A DNA stretch of 25,896 nucleotides from Bugula neritina (GCA_964035545.1 CAXIUT010000063.1:1-25896); one strand, 5' to 3'; shown: positions 1 through 11,431, numbered from the stretch's first letter. Translations and numbers: made by a program. The notes: a model not told the origin generated them from the sequence alone.

Positions 1-82
1 CCCAACCCCAACCCCCAACCCCAACCCCAACCCCAACCCCAACCCCAACCCCAACCCCAACCCCAACCCCAACCCCAACCCC
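1..82 (+). repeat. Left telomere, (CCCCAA)n C4A2 repeats
   Basis: About 13.5 tandem CCCCAA units at the window start (one unit has 5 C). C-rich strand at the 5' end, as in oligohymenophorean ciliate telomeres. Confidence 0.97.
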
Positions 83-141
83 TAAATAAATAGATAACAG
101 TATTTATCTTTTATATTGATATTATATCATTCATCTTCGAT

Positions 142-502
142 TCATTGATAAATAACAGGATAAATATCACCCTCAGTCTCAGTAGTCTTTGTACTTTTCT
201 TCTAAGCCTATCCGTTCTACTTGATCAACACGTATGTCCGCATCCAATTAGTCACACATCCAAAACCACCAAAACAACACACACTCACTCCACATCCAGA
301 TTACTCACAGCATAAACAACAACTGTTCTCGTGAATAGAGGAAAGTAAAGTCGGACGGCACAACCAACACCCGCAACCCCATACATGAATAGCTAGACCA
401 AGACAACCAAGAGAACACCAACAGCAGTCACAACATAAATAGTTGCACATGTATAGTTCAAGAAAAGTCCAAAGAGAGAATTAATAATTATATATTTATC
501 AT
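142..502 (-). CDS. Small Cys/Gly/Trp-rich hypothetical protein (start uncertain)
   Basis: With TAR=Glu the frame reads FSLWTFLELYMCNYLCCDCCWCSLGCLGLAIHVWGCGCWLCRP...CCLCCEESGCGVSVCCFGGFGC...IYQ then TGA (142-144). There is an in-frame ATG at 450. The ATG at 502 is one base out of frame (possible indel). Confidence 0.65.
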
Positions 503-632
503 TATTAAGACCATCAAGTATTTAGATATTTTTATTGATTTTATTTGAAAAAGTCCATTAGTATAGCGATATTATTAATATAATTTTGGAGTCTTAATTC
601 TAATTTGTAATTTCGATAAAATCAGAATAAGT

Positions 633-1866
633 ATGAATAAAATAATGCAAGTAATTAAGGTTGCTTTGTTTATCGTAGCTTTCATGACTCTGCAATCCTA
701 GGAAAAGTCTCTTAGAGCTCTTCTTTATTGCCATTTACCTGTGTGGGATCAGAACAAGCCGATGTAGGACTTATAAAACTTTCGAATGATATTAAATGAT
801 CGATTAGCAGTGAAAGGTATTGATGTCGTTGTAGATTTTTGTGATATCTAAGGCAATTCATCTAAGCTGTACAACAAAGATGAGATAAATTAATTATGGA
901 ATTTCTATGATATCTTAGAAATAGATATGATTGCATTCCAAACTATCAATCAATCTTTGATGAAATTTACAAAAGAATAAATTAGCTACTATGATGACGT
1001 CTTCTCTTTTCAATGGAATCCAGTTACCATCACATAAGGAAGTCATTAGTATCTAGTTGGTTCTCCAGGTTTGATCTGTAGTGATTTCTTACTCACAAGA
1101 AAAGGAAACTACAAGAATCAGCTGTACATGAATGGAGGCTTTAGTGCTTATAAAGCAGCACCTCTTTATGTAGATTTCTTTATCAACCTAAACTAATCAA
1201 CCAAACTTGACGATATTAACTACTAACACACTGATAAACAAGTACTTGATCAAGTGGCATAATTTTTGGCTGAATGCCGAGAACAACCTCGACACTTTGA
1301 TCCCAACTAAAACAACACTTGCTTTAACTATAACTTTTACTAACTATTTGTTCTATCAAACAAATCTACTATCTTTGGCTACTCTGAATATGCCTTTAGA
1401 TTGATAACTGACCAAGTAGTCAGAACATCTTAGGAAATTATGATAGAACATATAATGAGAAACCATAAGAAGAAGGTTGTTTATCTTGATCAGTTGATAG
1501 CCAAGTAGCCTTTGAAAGATTAGCATTATTAGAATAAAAGAAAAACTATTATTGAATTTTATTAGTTTATGCTGTCAGATGAAGTCTTATCTATCTATGC
1601 TGAAGGAAGCTATATGTAAAAAAATAGTAGATATAACCATTCGATGACCTACTTGATTCCTCCTAAAAATAAGCTTTTTCAATAAACTTAGATCAAATTC
1701 AAATCTATACCAACAGATCTATGAAAGTCTGTTCAAAGAATCAGACGTTATTTATCCAGTTTACCAGAAAGACTTTTTCTATAACTTCTAGGAGCTGTCG
1801 ATAAAGATAAATCAAGATCTGATGAATTACAAATCAACATAAACAAATCTGATCACATAGCAATGA
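633..1866 (+). CDS. Thiaminase I-like protein (periplasmic-binding-protein fold) with N-terminal signal peptide; apparent +1 frameshift at the T-run 1675-1679
   Basis: Hydrophobic N-terminus, then LRALLYCHLP, YDILEIDMI, DDVFSF, VGSPGLICSDFLLTRKG (Cys codon 1077-1079), IFGYSEYAFRL (Glu codon 1386-1388), VVYLDQL, YLIPPK. These are collinear with recalled bacterial thiaminase I motifs (LKVAIYPYVP, YGLPQILCTNLLFYRKG, FIGYSESMMRM, FYSDVV, YLLPAR). Uncorrected, the frame stops at 1722-1724. Removing one T extends it to TGA at 1864-1866. No introns. Confidence 0.75.
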
Positions 1867-1886
1867 ATCATTAAATTAATACAATC

Positions 1887-2040
1887 CTCAATAATCAATA
1901 ATCAAGAATCAATAATCTATACCCAATAGACAATACTCAATAATCAATAATCAAGAATCAATATACAGTAATCAATAATCAATACTCTAATATACAATGA
2001 ATATTGATAAATAAATATTGATAAATAGATATTGATAAAT
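1887..2040. repeat. Degenerate intergenic short tandem repeats (ATCAATA-like 7-mers, then 3 x ATATTGATAAATA-like units)
   Basis: Visible between the convergent 3' ends of the thiaminase-like gene and the kinase gene. Confidence 0.7.
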
Positions 2041-2058
2041 AATAATACTATTTTTAAA

Positions 2059-3366
2059 TCATTTTTGGTTGTCTTAGTAGTTTTTAACAATTTTTTGATA
2101 GTCAAGCAGTTGCATTTTCATATTTTGTACTTAATTATCTAACATTTTATATTTTTATTTGTTTCTACTTATTTATATTTGACACTGCTTATGTTCCATC
2201 TGGATATTTCTCAAATATTTCAACTACTCCTCCTGTCTTCTATTCTTCAACTACAACTATCTTATCTTCAACTAGTACTCCCTTGATTTCTTATCATTCT
2301 GGTCTATCATCTTCTGCTTGTTCGCATTTATTATACTCTACATCCTAGAATTACTATAGATCTCTTCCTTTGAAAATATCTCATACTTCTTTGACTACTC
2401 ATCCTTGCTGTCCATTATTATCCCGAATTCTGTCTTCAATTTATCCTGCCAATTTTTGTTCTACTATATCAGCTACTCAGCTATATTCTCTTTCATCCAC
2501 TGATGCGATAGTATCCCTTCAAGCGATATCCTTTATTAAGCTTTTAACCTCAATATTTTATCGATTAGATCTCTACATGATTCTGATACTTGTTTAGGCA
2601 CATCATATTTCAAATTTGATATGTTATTTTTAATTTATGCCTCGCTCATGTTGTTCTGCTGGTATAGAGCTGATGAAAATGGACTGTTGCCAGTACAAAG
2701 TTCATAAATCAATACTCCTATACTCCATATATCTACTCTATAGTCATGCAAGTGATTCTTGTCCACCATCTATGGAGCCAGGTAGTCCAAAGTACCACAA
2801 TAGGTCTATCTTTTGTTCTTTCCTTATGTAAAATTAGACCATCCGAAATCAGCCAATTTAGGGTTGTTATTTTTATCTATAAGAATGTTCTAGGGCTTTA
2901 TGTCTCTGTGAATTATATTTTTTTTATGAATATATTGTAAGGCTAGGACTATTTGTCTAATATAATCAGCTGTTCTGGGTTAGTCGAATCGTTTGTTGGG
3001 CGTTTTCATGAGAGTGTTGAAGACTTATCCTTTTTATGCGAATTATAAAACAAAATAAATAGAGAAGTCGTCCTAGAAGTGGTTGTATAATTTGACTATG
3101 TTCGGGTGGTTTAAGTCGTACATGATTTTAACTTATGTTTTGACATGTTAGATTAGTTTTTCTGTTTTAAGAGTACTTTTTTTTATTTATTTGATAGCAT
3201 AGATAGCACCTGATTTTTTATGTCTTGCTTTCCAAACTACTCCAAAAGACCCTTCCCCTAGTGTTGCTAGTTTTTAGAAATCTGATTTGAAGGATTCTGC
3301 TTACCATCCAGCCTGGACGGTAGGTGACAAGAACATAATTCTTTTAGCTAGTTTAGTTAACTTCAT
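2059..3366 (-). CDS. Aurora-like Ser/Thr protein kinase with C-terminal coiled coil (435 aa, no introns)
   Basis: GEGSFGVV, YAIK, KT(taa=E)VKIM, HPNIVKLY, HRDIKP(tag=E)NIL, LADFGWS, YCGTLDYLAP(tag=E)M, DIWSIGVLIYEL. DFGWS and CGTLDY are Aurora-type. The frame is open from ATG 3366 to TGA 2059. Confidence 0.93.
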
Positions 3367-3693
3367 TTGATAATTTAATATATCTTTCTTATTACTTTTA
3401 GTCATAGTATAAGGTGTAGTCAGAATCGATTAGATCATAGATATTAAATGTAGTTGATATTGTTATATTTGATATTATTGATATGTTATGGTAAATATCT
3501 ATGATTTAATATAGGTAAGCGACTGCTTATATCATTTATATCAATAAGAATCACTTAAAGTTGATTTTATGGAGAGTATGATGTAGGTGATGGTGTTTTG
3601 GTTGATTTGTGGTCATATTGTAAACTAATTTAGTGTATTTAGTTGATGGTTGATATAAGTTACCTATTATAATACAAATAAATTCTGCCAACA

Positions 3694-4290
3694 ATGCAGA
3701 AGCCAACTCAAAAGACGTTTTATCAACAAATTTTGATGATGTGTTCTCAGAGATACAACCATCCTATAGTCGATTCTCAACCAATCAAAAATTAAATAGT
3801 TTAGAACAAACCCAAAAGACCTAAAAAAGTTAAAAAGTACAGTCCTAGCAATCGAAGTGGGAAATGGGATCGAGAAGAACAACTCTCCTATATTTCCTTT
3901 CTCTCTTAATACTACTCTCAAATCACTGACTCTCAAATCAGAAGAGCAAATAAACTATTTATCCAAATGTCTGTCTATGTCAAAACTAGAGACCCTGATC
4001 AGTGTAGAAGTCACCATCAAAAAATGATGAACATGCTGAAAACAGTCTCAAATATCATCTCATTCTATTAAGACAAGTTTTCAAGCACGAATCACCTTTA
4101 AAAAACCAGCCAACCTGTCGAGAAAGCTACTAATCAGATGGAAAGAGTCAAGGTAGAGGAGTCTAGGAGTATTTAGGAGGAGCAGAAGGCTAGGAGTGAT
4201 GGTTTGCTGGCTAGCATGCAGGTGGAGGGCAGTTGTATAAAGATGTAGATACGTTCAAGTTGTATATCTTCGTATAATGGGTGCGAATGA
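3694..4290 (+). CDS. Myb/SANT-like DNA-binding protein (198 aa)
   Basis: SGKWDREEQLSYISFL...LFIQMSVYVKTRDPDQCRSHHQKM is a single SHAQKY-class-like Myb repeat. A basic NLS-like stretch KPKRPKKVKK precedes it. Confidence 0.85.
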
Positions 4291-4477
4291 TAGGATATAT
4301 CATTGAAACTTGAACATATCATATAAAAACATCATATCATAATATCATATTTTTACAGCCATTAATATTGTCTCAACAAAACACTTCATTTCATTTAAAT
4401 GGAAGGCATTTGGTGTTCTTCTTTCGATTCTTACATATTCTAGTTGTATATTTAATAGTTGTCTGATTATAACTGCT

Positions 4478-5868
4478 ATGCTGACTATAAAATTGTAGTG
4501 CAATCATACCCATCGATGTAGATGTAGACATAATTAACAGACACAGGTCAGTCGGGAGGATGTTACTAGTTAATTGCTTAGTATTTTTCATTATATTGCA
4601 GAACATAATCCAGCATTGGTTAAGTATTTTGGCAAAAAAAGCTATCCAGAAAGTAAAGAATTGGGATGTGGCAATGCAGGACAAGAGTTGGTGGGTATTG
4701 GTCAAGGCGAAAAGGAGTTAAAGTAGCCGTATGTATCGATAACTGAATAGAAAGGTTTGAATTTCCATGTCGATTGTGGTGAAATGCAGCAATAAAGGAA
4801 CAAAAATCGTAAAGACGTGTTGTCTCCCAAATAAAGAACCAAAACATAAGAGCAATAGCCTAAAGAAATCAATCTTAAACCAGATAATTGCAATCCCAAA
4901 CAACCAAAAACCCAAAAATAGAAAGATTTAAAACATTTCCACAAAGATCTTCGCAACCAATCTCGTTATTTGTCTGACACAGCCTTTCGTAAATATTTCA
5001 ACCGTCAATGTTTTTAGAATTATGGTCGCAATAATACAACAGATAAAGCTGATGGATTTGTCTATCACAACTACATGAAAACACATAACATCAATCCTCA
5101 TACCGGATAAAATATACCCATCAACTAGTAAACCTTCTACCATGCTTTGGTTAGTGGATCTCCAGAAAAGTATTAAAAATATGGAGAAGAAGTACGACTG
5201 GGAATGACTGGAAGTGTAGAGAAGGAAGGGGCTAGGGAGAAAGATCGATTAGGAGTGGAGAAGATGTTGAAAGATAATGAGAAACATAGTAAAATGGAAA
5301 AAAAGTATCAGCATTTGCATCTTAAATACAAAAATAAAAAGTAAAAGAATAATAATACACTATCCCAGCAGTATGTTAACATCTATTTAGACATCTTAAA
5401 GGACCTAGCCAACTTGAAATCAATACAAGACAACATTTCCCACATTCCAAGTAGCAATCATAAATAAAACAAACAAAACACAAGAACCAAACTTCATTCC
5501 AAGAGCAAGACATTCACAGTAGACAGCAATCGAAGTTGACAATCGACAACCACCTCAAATCTCAGAACTAGTTTTCAAATTATCAACAGGAAAGAACGAT
5601 ATTGAACAAGCAGACATCGCCTAAATCTGTTTGTGAGCATAGTGAGCAAGAGAAGAGCATGGAGTGTGTCTGTTGTTTGAACCAGATGAAGAGAGTGATA
5701 CTGTAGTTGGCCGAGAAAGATAAGGACTTGGGGGAGAGAATTATGGCGAGTGCTAAGAAGAACGTTATGTACAAGAACTATGCGCTTAATAATTATGAAA
5801 ATGCAGGGCTTAATCCTAAAAATTACAATAAAGACGGAAAGTTGAATGTCTACTCTCCTGATTGTTGA
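4478..5868 (+). CDS. Hypothetical protein (~456 aa), one intron 5371-5390
   Basis: The frame is open from ATG 4478. Removing the 20-nt GTATGT...TTTAG intron joins it to a frame ending at TGA 5866-5868. Spliced length is 1371 nt. Confidence 0.7.
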
Positions 5869-6015
5869 CTTTTTTGATTATTTTAACAAGATGAATTAAG
5901 ATTATTTGAAGATTCTTTTAAATTTGAGAGATTTTAATTTATTCTGATGATAATTCATGACTTCATTAGTCATTAAGATTAAATAATTATTCTAGTAGTG
6001 ATAGTTATATGTTAT

Positions 6016-6981
6016 ATGATTCAAAAAACAACCATTCAAAGCGCAAGATCACCCTTTCCCAACCAACTAGAACACACTACTCCTGAACCACTGGTCAAAA
6101 CATTTAGAAAGCGATCGCAACTCAATGAATATACTATAAAATCAGTCAAAGACAAAACATAGCAATCAACTTTAAATAATAAGCATAAATAACAACAAAA
6201 TGAAATAAAATATATAAAATAGAAACGTGCAAATGATAAATCAAAATCAATATAAAAACTATCACTTGTTTCTGCACAATACCACCAAAACCCGTTAGTT
6301 TCTCATTCAAAAATAAAGCAAATTTCTAAAATATTCATCAACAACACCACCAGCAACCCATAAACAGCCCTAAAACAACTATACTAAGGCAACAACAAGT
6401 ACAAATAGATATTGTGTGATTGGCAAAAGAGATAGTACTATGACTAGCTAGATAGATAGTTATATATTTTACTGCAATATTTTATCAAATTGGCTGAGAA
6501 AGTGGTTGGCGAGGTGGCTACCAGTGGTTGTTAGTTGCTATCTAGGTGTGAGAAGTAGTTGGAGGAGATCATTGAGGAAAACCTTGCTTTGAAGAGGTAG
6601 ATATATCTGTTGGATAGGAATTAGGAGTTGATGAGTCATTTGAAATAGCGATTATAGTAATCTATAAGTAAAAATTAGTGGAGTACTATTGTTTTTAATC
6701 ATCTGCAGAGATGCAATTTTAATTTATAAAGCTATGTAGGTCATTTGCAATAACAATAGTCGTTTGCATCTTGTCATTCCTAAGGAAGAATGGTTCCTTT
6801 TGAGTAAATGAGTCAAGTCCACATCCTTGGAAGAAATCGCACATAGAGTGTTTGTTTATAATAGATTGATATATTAAAATCTGAGTGTCATTCCATAGAT
6901 GGTTCTAAAAATGGATAGTTGTTGCATTCTGAATGCAGATCGATGGATGTAGGAGAAGAAAGAGACATAATTTCTATATGA
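6016..6981 (+). CDS. Hypothetical protein (321 aa) with central coiled-coil segment
   Basis: 966-nt ATG-to-TGA frame with no internal TGA under TAR=Glu. Confidence 0.7.
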
Positions 6982-7164
6982 TTTTTATTTATAGGTTATT
7001 TGAAATAACGTCTTTTTGATTTTTATTTTGTTATAAAAAGTATATCTTTATGTCTGTTATAATCACACCTCAGATGTTGTTAGCAGATCTAGTGGCCATT
7101 ATTGATTTATTTTTATTTTATATCTTCTACCTTACCTTCTAATTTTATTATAATACATTCTAGC

Positions 7165-7665
7165 ATGGAAAACAATAGAAGAACTCTTAGAAATACAAAC
7201 AACTGCACCTAACTTTCTAATCCTTTCGCAGCCAAAACCATTCCATCACACCTGCTCCACCTTATTCCCAAACAACTCTTCAAACAAATCAACTCTCTAC
7301 AAAAAATGTCATGTCAAAAGATATAAATGCTGCCCTAAATCAGTATGAGATAAGAAGCCGAAATCTAGGTCAGCAGGTGTCAATAAGCCAGCGGGTATCA
7401 ATAAATTTGGAGACAGCAATTCGAAGGAGTGATAGTCGAGTAGTAGAAGAAGACCAAAACGGATGAGGTGAAAGAAGGGTAAGATAAGTTCTTTTCGGAA
7501 GACAATATCAAATAGATCTAGCGACCTGTAATAGTAAACAACGAATAGAACTACTAAGGAGACATTTGGAAAGACAGTTCGTTTTTGTAGTACTTGAATG
7601 ATTTTTTAATGCAAGATCAACCGCCAAAAAGACATCTATTCGATTAATAGTCCTTTTATAAATGA
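7165..7665 (+). CDS. Hypothetical acidic protein (166 aa)
   Basis: 501-nt ATG-to-TGA frame under TAR=Glu, flanked by AT-rich spacers. Confidence 0.65.
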
Positions 7666-7714
7666 TAGCTTGCATATATATAGGTTATAGAGCGGGTTTC
7701 ATTATTATATCAAA

Positions 7715-8377
7715 ATGACCAATAAACCATCCGCCCTCGCCTCCAAAAGCACCTCCAATCATAGCGAACTTCCCCCAGACATACTCGACAACTCCTTCAG
7801 CAACCTTTCTGACGATGATCTCGGACAGGAAGAACCCACCCAGCAAATAGATGTGATCAATATGATAGAAGAAGAAAGTGGAGAGGTGCTGCTGAAGAAA
7901 GAGGAGAGCATGTCTTTGCTGGGAGACGGTCAGACGGGCGGTCGGAGGAGCGGGGAGAGCAGGGAGAGCAGGGAGGGAAGGAGAGGGAAAATCAATAATA
8001 CTTCAATGAAGGTTATATAGGAAATGGAGGGGAGTATAACTAAATTGAAAAATATGCTTGAGTACTAGTAATTTTAACGAAAATATTCATAGAAGATGAA
8101 AATACTGTATGGAATAACACTTCTCGGTTCTGATAGGCTGAGTCCTGTGAATTTGCACCGTTTGAAGGTCTTTCTATTTATTCCTACTCACGGGGAGCAG
8201 CTGGTTCAGTGGGGAAATCATAAGTACGGGACTAACTTGAGTGTTGCTTCTGCGATTGAAAAGATAGAGCTGATTGAAGGAGGGGAATGTAGCTATTATT
8301 GGCTGAAAATGAGACAAAATGCTAAATATATTGTGCTTTTCATTATTCTATTGGTGATAGTCAAAATGCTGGTCTGA
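7715..8377 (+). CDS. Hypothetical tail-anchored membrane protein (220 aa)
   Basis: Track ORFs 7715-8020 and 8096-8377 are in the same frame and fuse when TAR=Glu. The C-terminus is hydrophobic (YIVLFIILLVIVKMLV). Confidence 0.75.
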
Positions 8378-8527
8378 TTGTATATTCGCTTAGTCAATTC
8401 TATTGATTAAATATGACTGGTTCAGATGGCTTAATGAGTTATTAGATTATGAATATTAAATATCATATGTTTGATATATCAAATTGACTTATATCCTCCA
8501 TTTAAGAACAGGCAAATAATAATATTG

Positions 8528-9130
8528 ATGTTCTACGTCGCAAAAGGACTCAGTTCAAGGCTAAATTTTCCACACTACGAATTCAAAGATCTCAATAACC
8601 CGCTTTTCGTCTATAGACGAGTCAAATTGTCCTTCGAAAGACATTGCAATCAAGAGCTCGGCTTCATGATCCAGCTCATCGCTTACATCCCTTACATCGG
8701 AAGCAAACCTACTTTGGAAATGGGCTAAATACAAATCACAGAGAAAGGATGCCTCATGGACGTCAGTTTCGACTGTCTCTGCTTCAAACGTAACAATGGG
8801 CTGATGTTAGCTAAAAAGGGAGACTTTTTGGACGTGTTTATTTTAACAGTTGATGAGGCGATGATTCGAGCTAAGTTTGGTCCAATTGATATTATGATCC
8901 CTGCTATTCGCATTTCTGGAGCTGTTTTTGATGCTGATGAAAACACCTTTACTTATTTTTTGAGCGACGGGAATAAGAAAGTATTTTGTCCTGGAGAGTT
9001 GGTTCGATGCTGTGTCATCTAGTGGGTGGTTGAAGAAGGTATTTGTCATTGATATTCAGAGGAGAACATGAAAATTATTGCAGAAGTTGATGGAACTGCT
9101 TTGGAAAGCGTTATTGCTGGAAAATATTGA
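8528..9130 (+). CDS. Divergent RNA polymerase RPB7/RPC8(Rpc25)-family subunit (186 aa); introns 8790-8810 and 9039-9059
   Basis: MFYV start, C..ELGFMI, DVSFDCLCFKPKKGDFLDV (after splicing), FGPIDIMIP, FD, GELVRC. This follows the RPB7 pattern (GFVI; VFRPFKGEVVD; GPM..FI). The second intron removes an in-frame TGA. Confidence 0.7.
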
Positions 9131-9242
9131 TCGCTATCCATAAACCTAAATTGACCATTAACAATAACTCTTAATAATAGTTCATTAACTGGTTCCTGAC
9201 TAATATGTTTGATATAGTAGACCAAATGTATTTCATGTCAAA

Positions 9243-10023
9243 TCAATCTTTTTTAGAGACCTCGTTCAAATAGAATTAAATCTGCTCAGAACTCAACTTC
9301 CCAAATTTAGGATTCTTCTTAGAAGCGACTCCAATCTCAATATCATTCGACTTGAACTCCTGACCAATCACTGTCTGCATACAAGTTATGGCCAATTTGA
9401 TTGCCTCTTCCTCGCTCAAATCCCAGCCATTCTTCTTCATCTCTTTCTATAAAAAATTGATCGAGTCCTGCTCCTTCACTCCGCTCGATACTCCCTTATA
9501 CCCGTAGTAGTAACCAGCTGGATCCACTTTGTAAAGCGATGGCCACTCTCGACATCAATACCAGCTACAATAGTTTAAACTCCGAAGACTCTTTGCATAG
9601 CTTTTTGGGTAGTAATTTGGTTGTAATCAGCCAATCGAGAAGTCAAGTGGTCAACTGGTATCTCATGTCCATATTAGAATTTATAGTTAGCTGCTTCCAT
9701 TTGCAATCGAGTCAATATGTTTCTGCTATCAGCTAAGATAAAAGAATAATTACGTGCCAAACCAATAGTCATCGCCCCAATTTTAGGAGTCACGTTATGG
9801 ATAGTACTGACAGTTTAAGCATCAATAAATCTGTCCTGAATGCTAATAAGAGTACTTGAACCTTTTTTTAGGATAGGAGGATGACAGCATCACGAGCCTT
9901 GATCCCAATAGCAGTCAATCCACAAGTTTTAACTGCCTTGAAGGCATATTCTACCTGATAAAGACGTCCCTAGTTAGAAAAAACAGTGATGTAGTATTAC
10001 GATCCTTGACCTGATTTACTCAT
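9243..10023 (-). CDS. PSMA6: 20S proteasome subunit alpha type-6 (alpha1); introns 9836-9855 and 9733-9753; apparent 1-nt deletion near 9541
   Basis: ITVFSN(E)[63 protein letters not shown](E)K, IEIGV. Confidence 0.92.
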
Positions 10024-10056
10024 TATTTAAAAACTATTTGAATTTATCAAAACATA

Positions 10057-10153
10057 TCATTCATATATCATTCAATAATCATTCAATAATCATTCATTAT
10101 CATTCAACAATCATTTATATATCCCAACAATCATTAATATATCCCAACAATCA
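10057..10153. repeat. Intergenic degenerate tandem repeats (ATCATTCAATA-like; 2 x ATATATCCCAACAATCA)
   Basis: Visible between the stop of the pepsin-like gene and the start of PSMA6. TGA-dense on the minus strand. Confidence 0.7.
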
Positions 10154-10174
10154 AAATAGGTAAATGTAGTTACA

Positions 10175-11431
10175 TCAATCATCTTAGTCCATTTCGGGTG
10201 GTTTTTGATAAGCCACCAATCGAACTCCCTCCTTGCCCCGATGAAATCTATTTCTCCTCGATTTTGGCATACTATATTGCTGCCAAATTATGATGATTAT
10301 GCAAGCCAAAACCATAAAGGCCAAAAATATCAGTAAAAACCTGATGATTTAAGCAGATGATATTTCTGTTGAGAATCTATTCAGAGGTGAGAAAATTAAG
10401 GACTTAGTTTTCATATTCAGAGATATGTAGTATCCTTTGAGCAATGGAGCACCGATTTGGGCTGTTTATACTGGTCCTAATTTGATAAAGAAAGAGGTAA
10501 TTTTTTATTTATGATTATACTGATCTCTCAAATCGTAAAGACTGATGTTAAGACTAACCTAGATATCTATTTAAAAATTAAGAAAAGTCAAAGCCTCATC
10601 AATAGACGATATATTCGAACATTGCAGTTGCTTACTTATCTATGAAAAAGAACATTAGATATTCTATGATTAAAAACTTGTCTAGAGATCTTATTTACAA
10701 CTTTAGGGCAAGACTACAAATTGAGACTAGATTGACAGTTTAGCTAGCATACTTGATGATGCGATATTGTAGGTTTGCCAGCGGTTGTTTTGCTACTTAG
10801 CTACAACCAGTTTCTTTACTGGAATTGCCCAATAGTTATCGATAGTTGATATTGTTTTCTAGTAAAATGTTACACCATTATTAAAACCTTTAGCGTTCTC
10901 GTTCTAATATCCACCCAATTGCATCTTCACGTCCTTTGCTCCAGGTGTTGTATAAAAACTAACTATGTCATCTAAAAAGAAATCAGTGGTTTGTTATTTT
11001 ATCATTTTGTATACTTTGTTTTGCGATAGTTTAGGGCCTAGAGTCATGAGGCCGTTAGTCATGGGGATAGTTTTATTTATTTTTTTGATGTTAGTGAAAT
11101 CGATGGGTATGGTATGAGAATATTTTGAATTTTAGAAAGTGAATACTTACATGAAAAATCTTTTCCAGCCTTAAAGAGTATACCCCTAAAGACTCCAGAC
11201 ATGCAAAGAACCAGTTTAGTTATCTTTGTTTTTTATTTTTTTGTTTTTATGAGGCAAAGCATTAGGCTCAACTATAAACTCCTATTTATTTTACAGTGAA
11301 ATAGCCAAATGGTAAGCCTGGCTGCAATATAGAACAGGCATATTCAATACGATATCTGCAGATGATGAAGAGACTGATAGCTAGATATCGACGTATGCTA
11401 GAGTAGAAACCAAAAAGAAAAGGAAAAGCAT
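10175..11431 (-). CDS. Pepsin-like (peptidase A1 fold) type I membrane protein lacking the catalytic Asp motifs (418 aa)
   Basis: Signal peptide MLFLFFLVSTLAY, then MQLGGYE, YWAIPVKKLVV, AKLSIESQFVVLP, IGAPLLKGYYISLNMKTKSLIFSP, a TM helix (IIRFLLIFLAFMVLACIIIIIW) and a basic tail. No DTG/DSG motif. Confidence 0.6.

Noticed and set aside
9539-9544. Frameshifts in PSMA6 (~9541), the thiaminase-like gene (~1677) and the 22000 gene, considered as programmed frameshifting or pseudogenes
   Set aside because: All fall in short homopolymers, go in both directions, share no motif, and one hits an essential gene. The telomere also has a 5-C unit. Long-read indel error is the simpler explanation.
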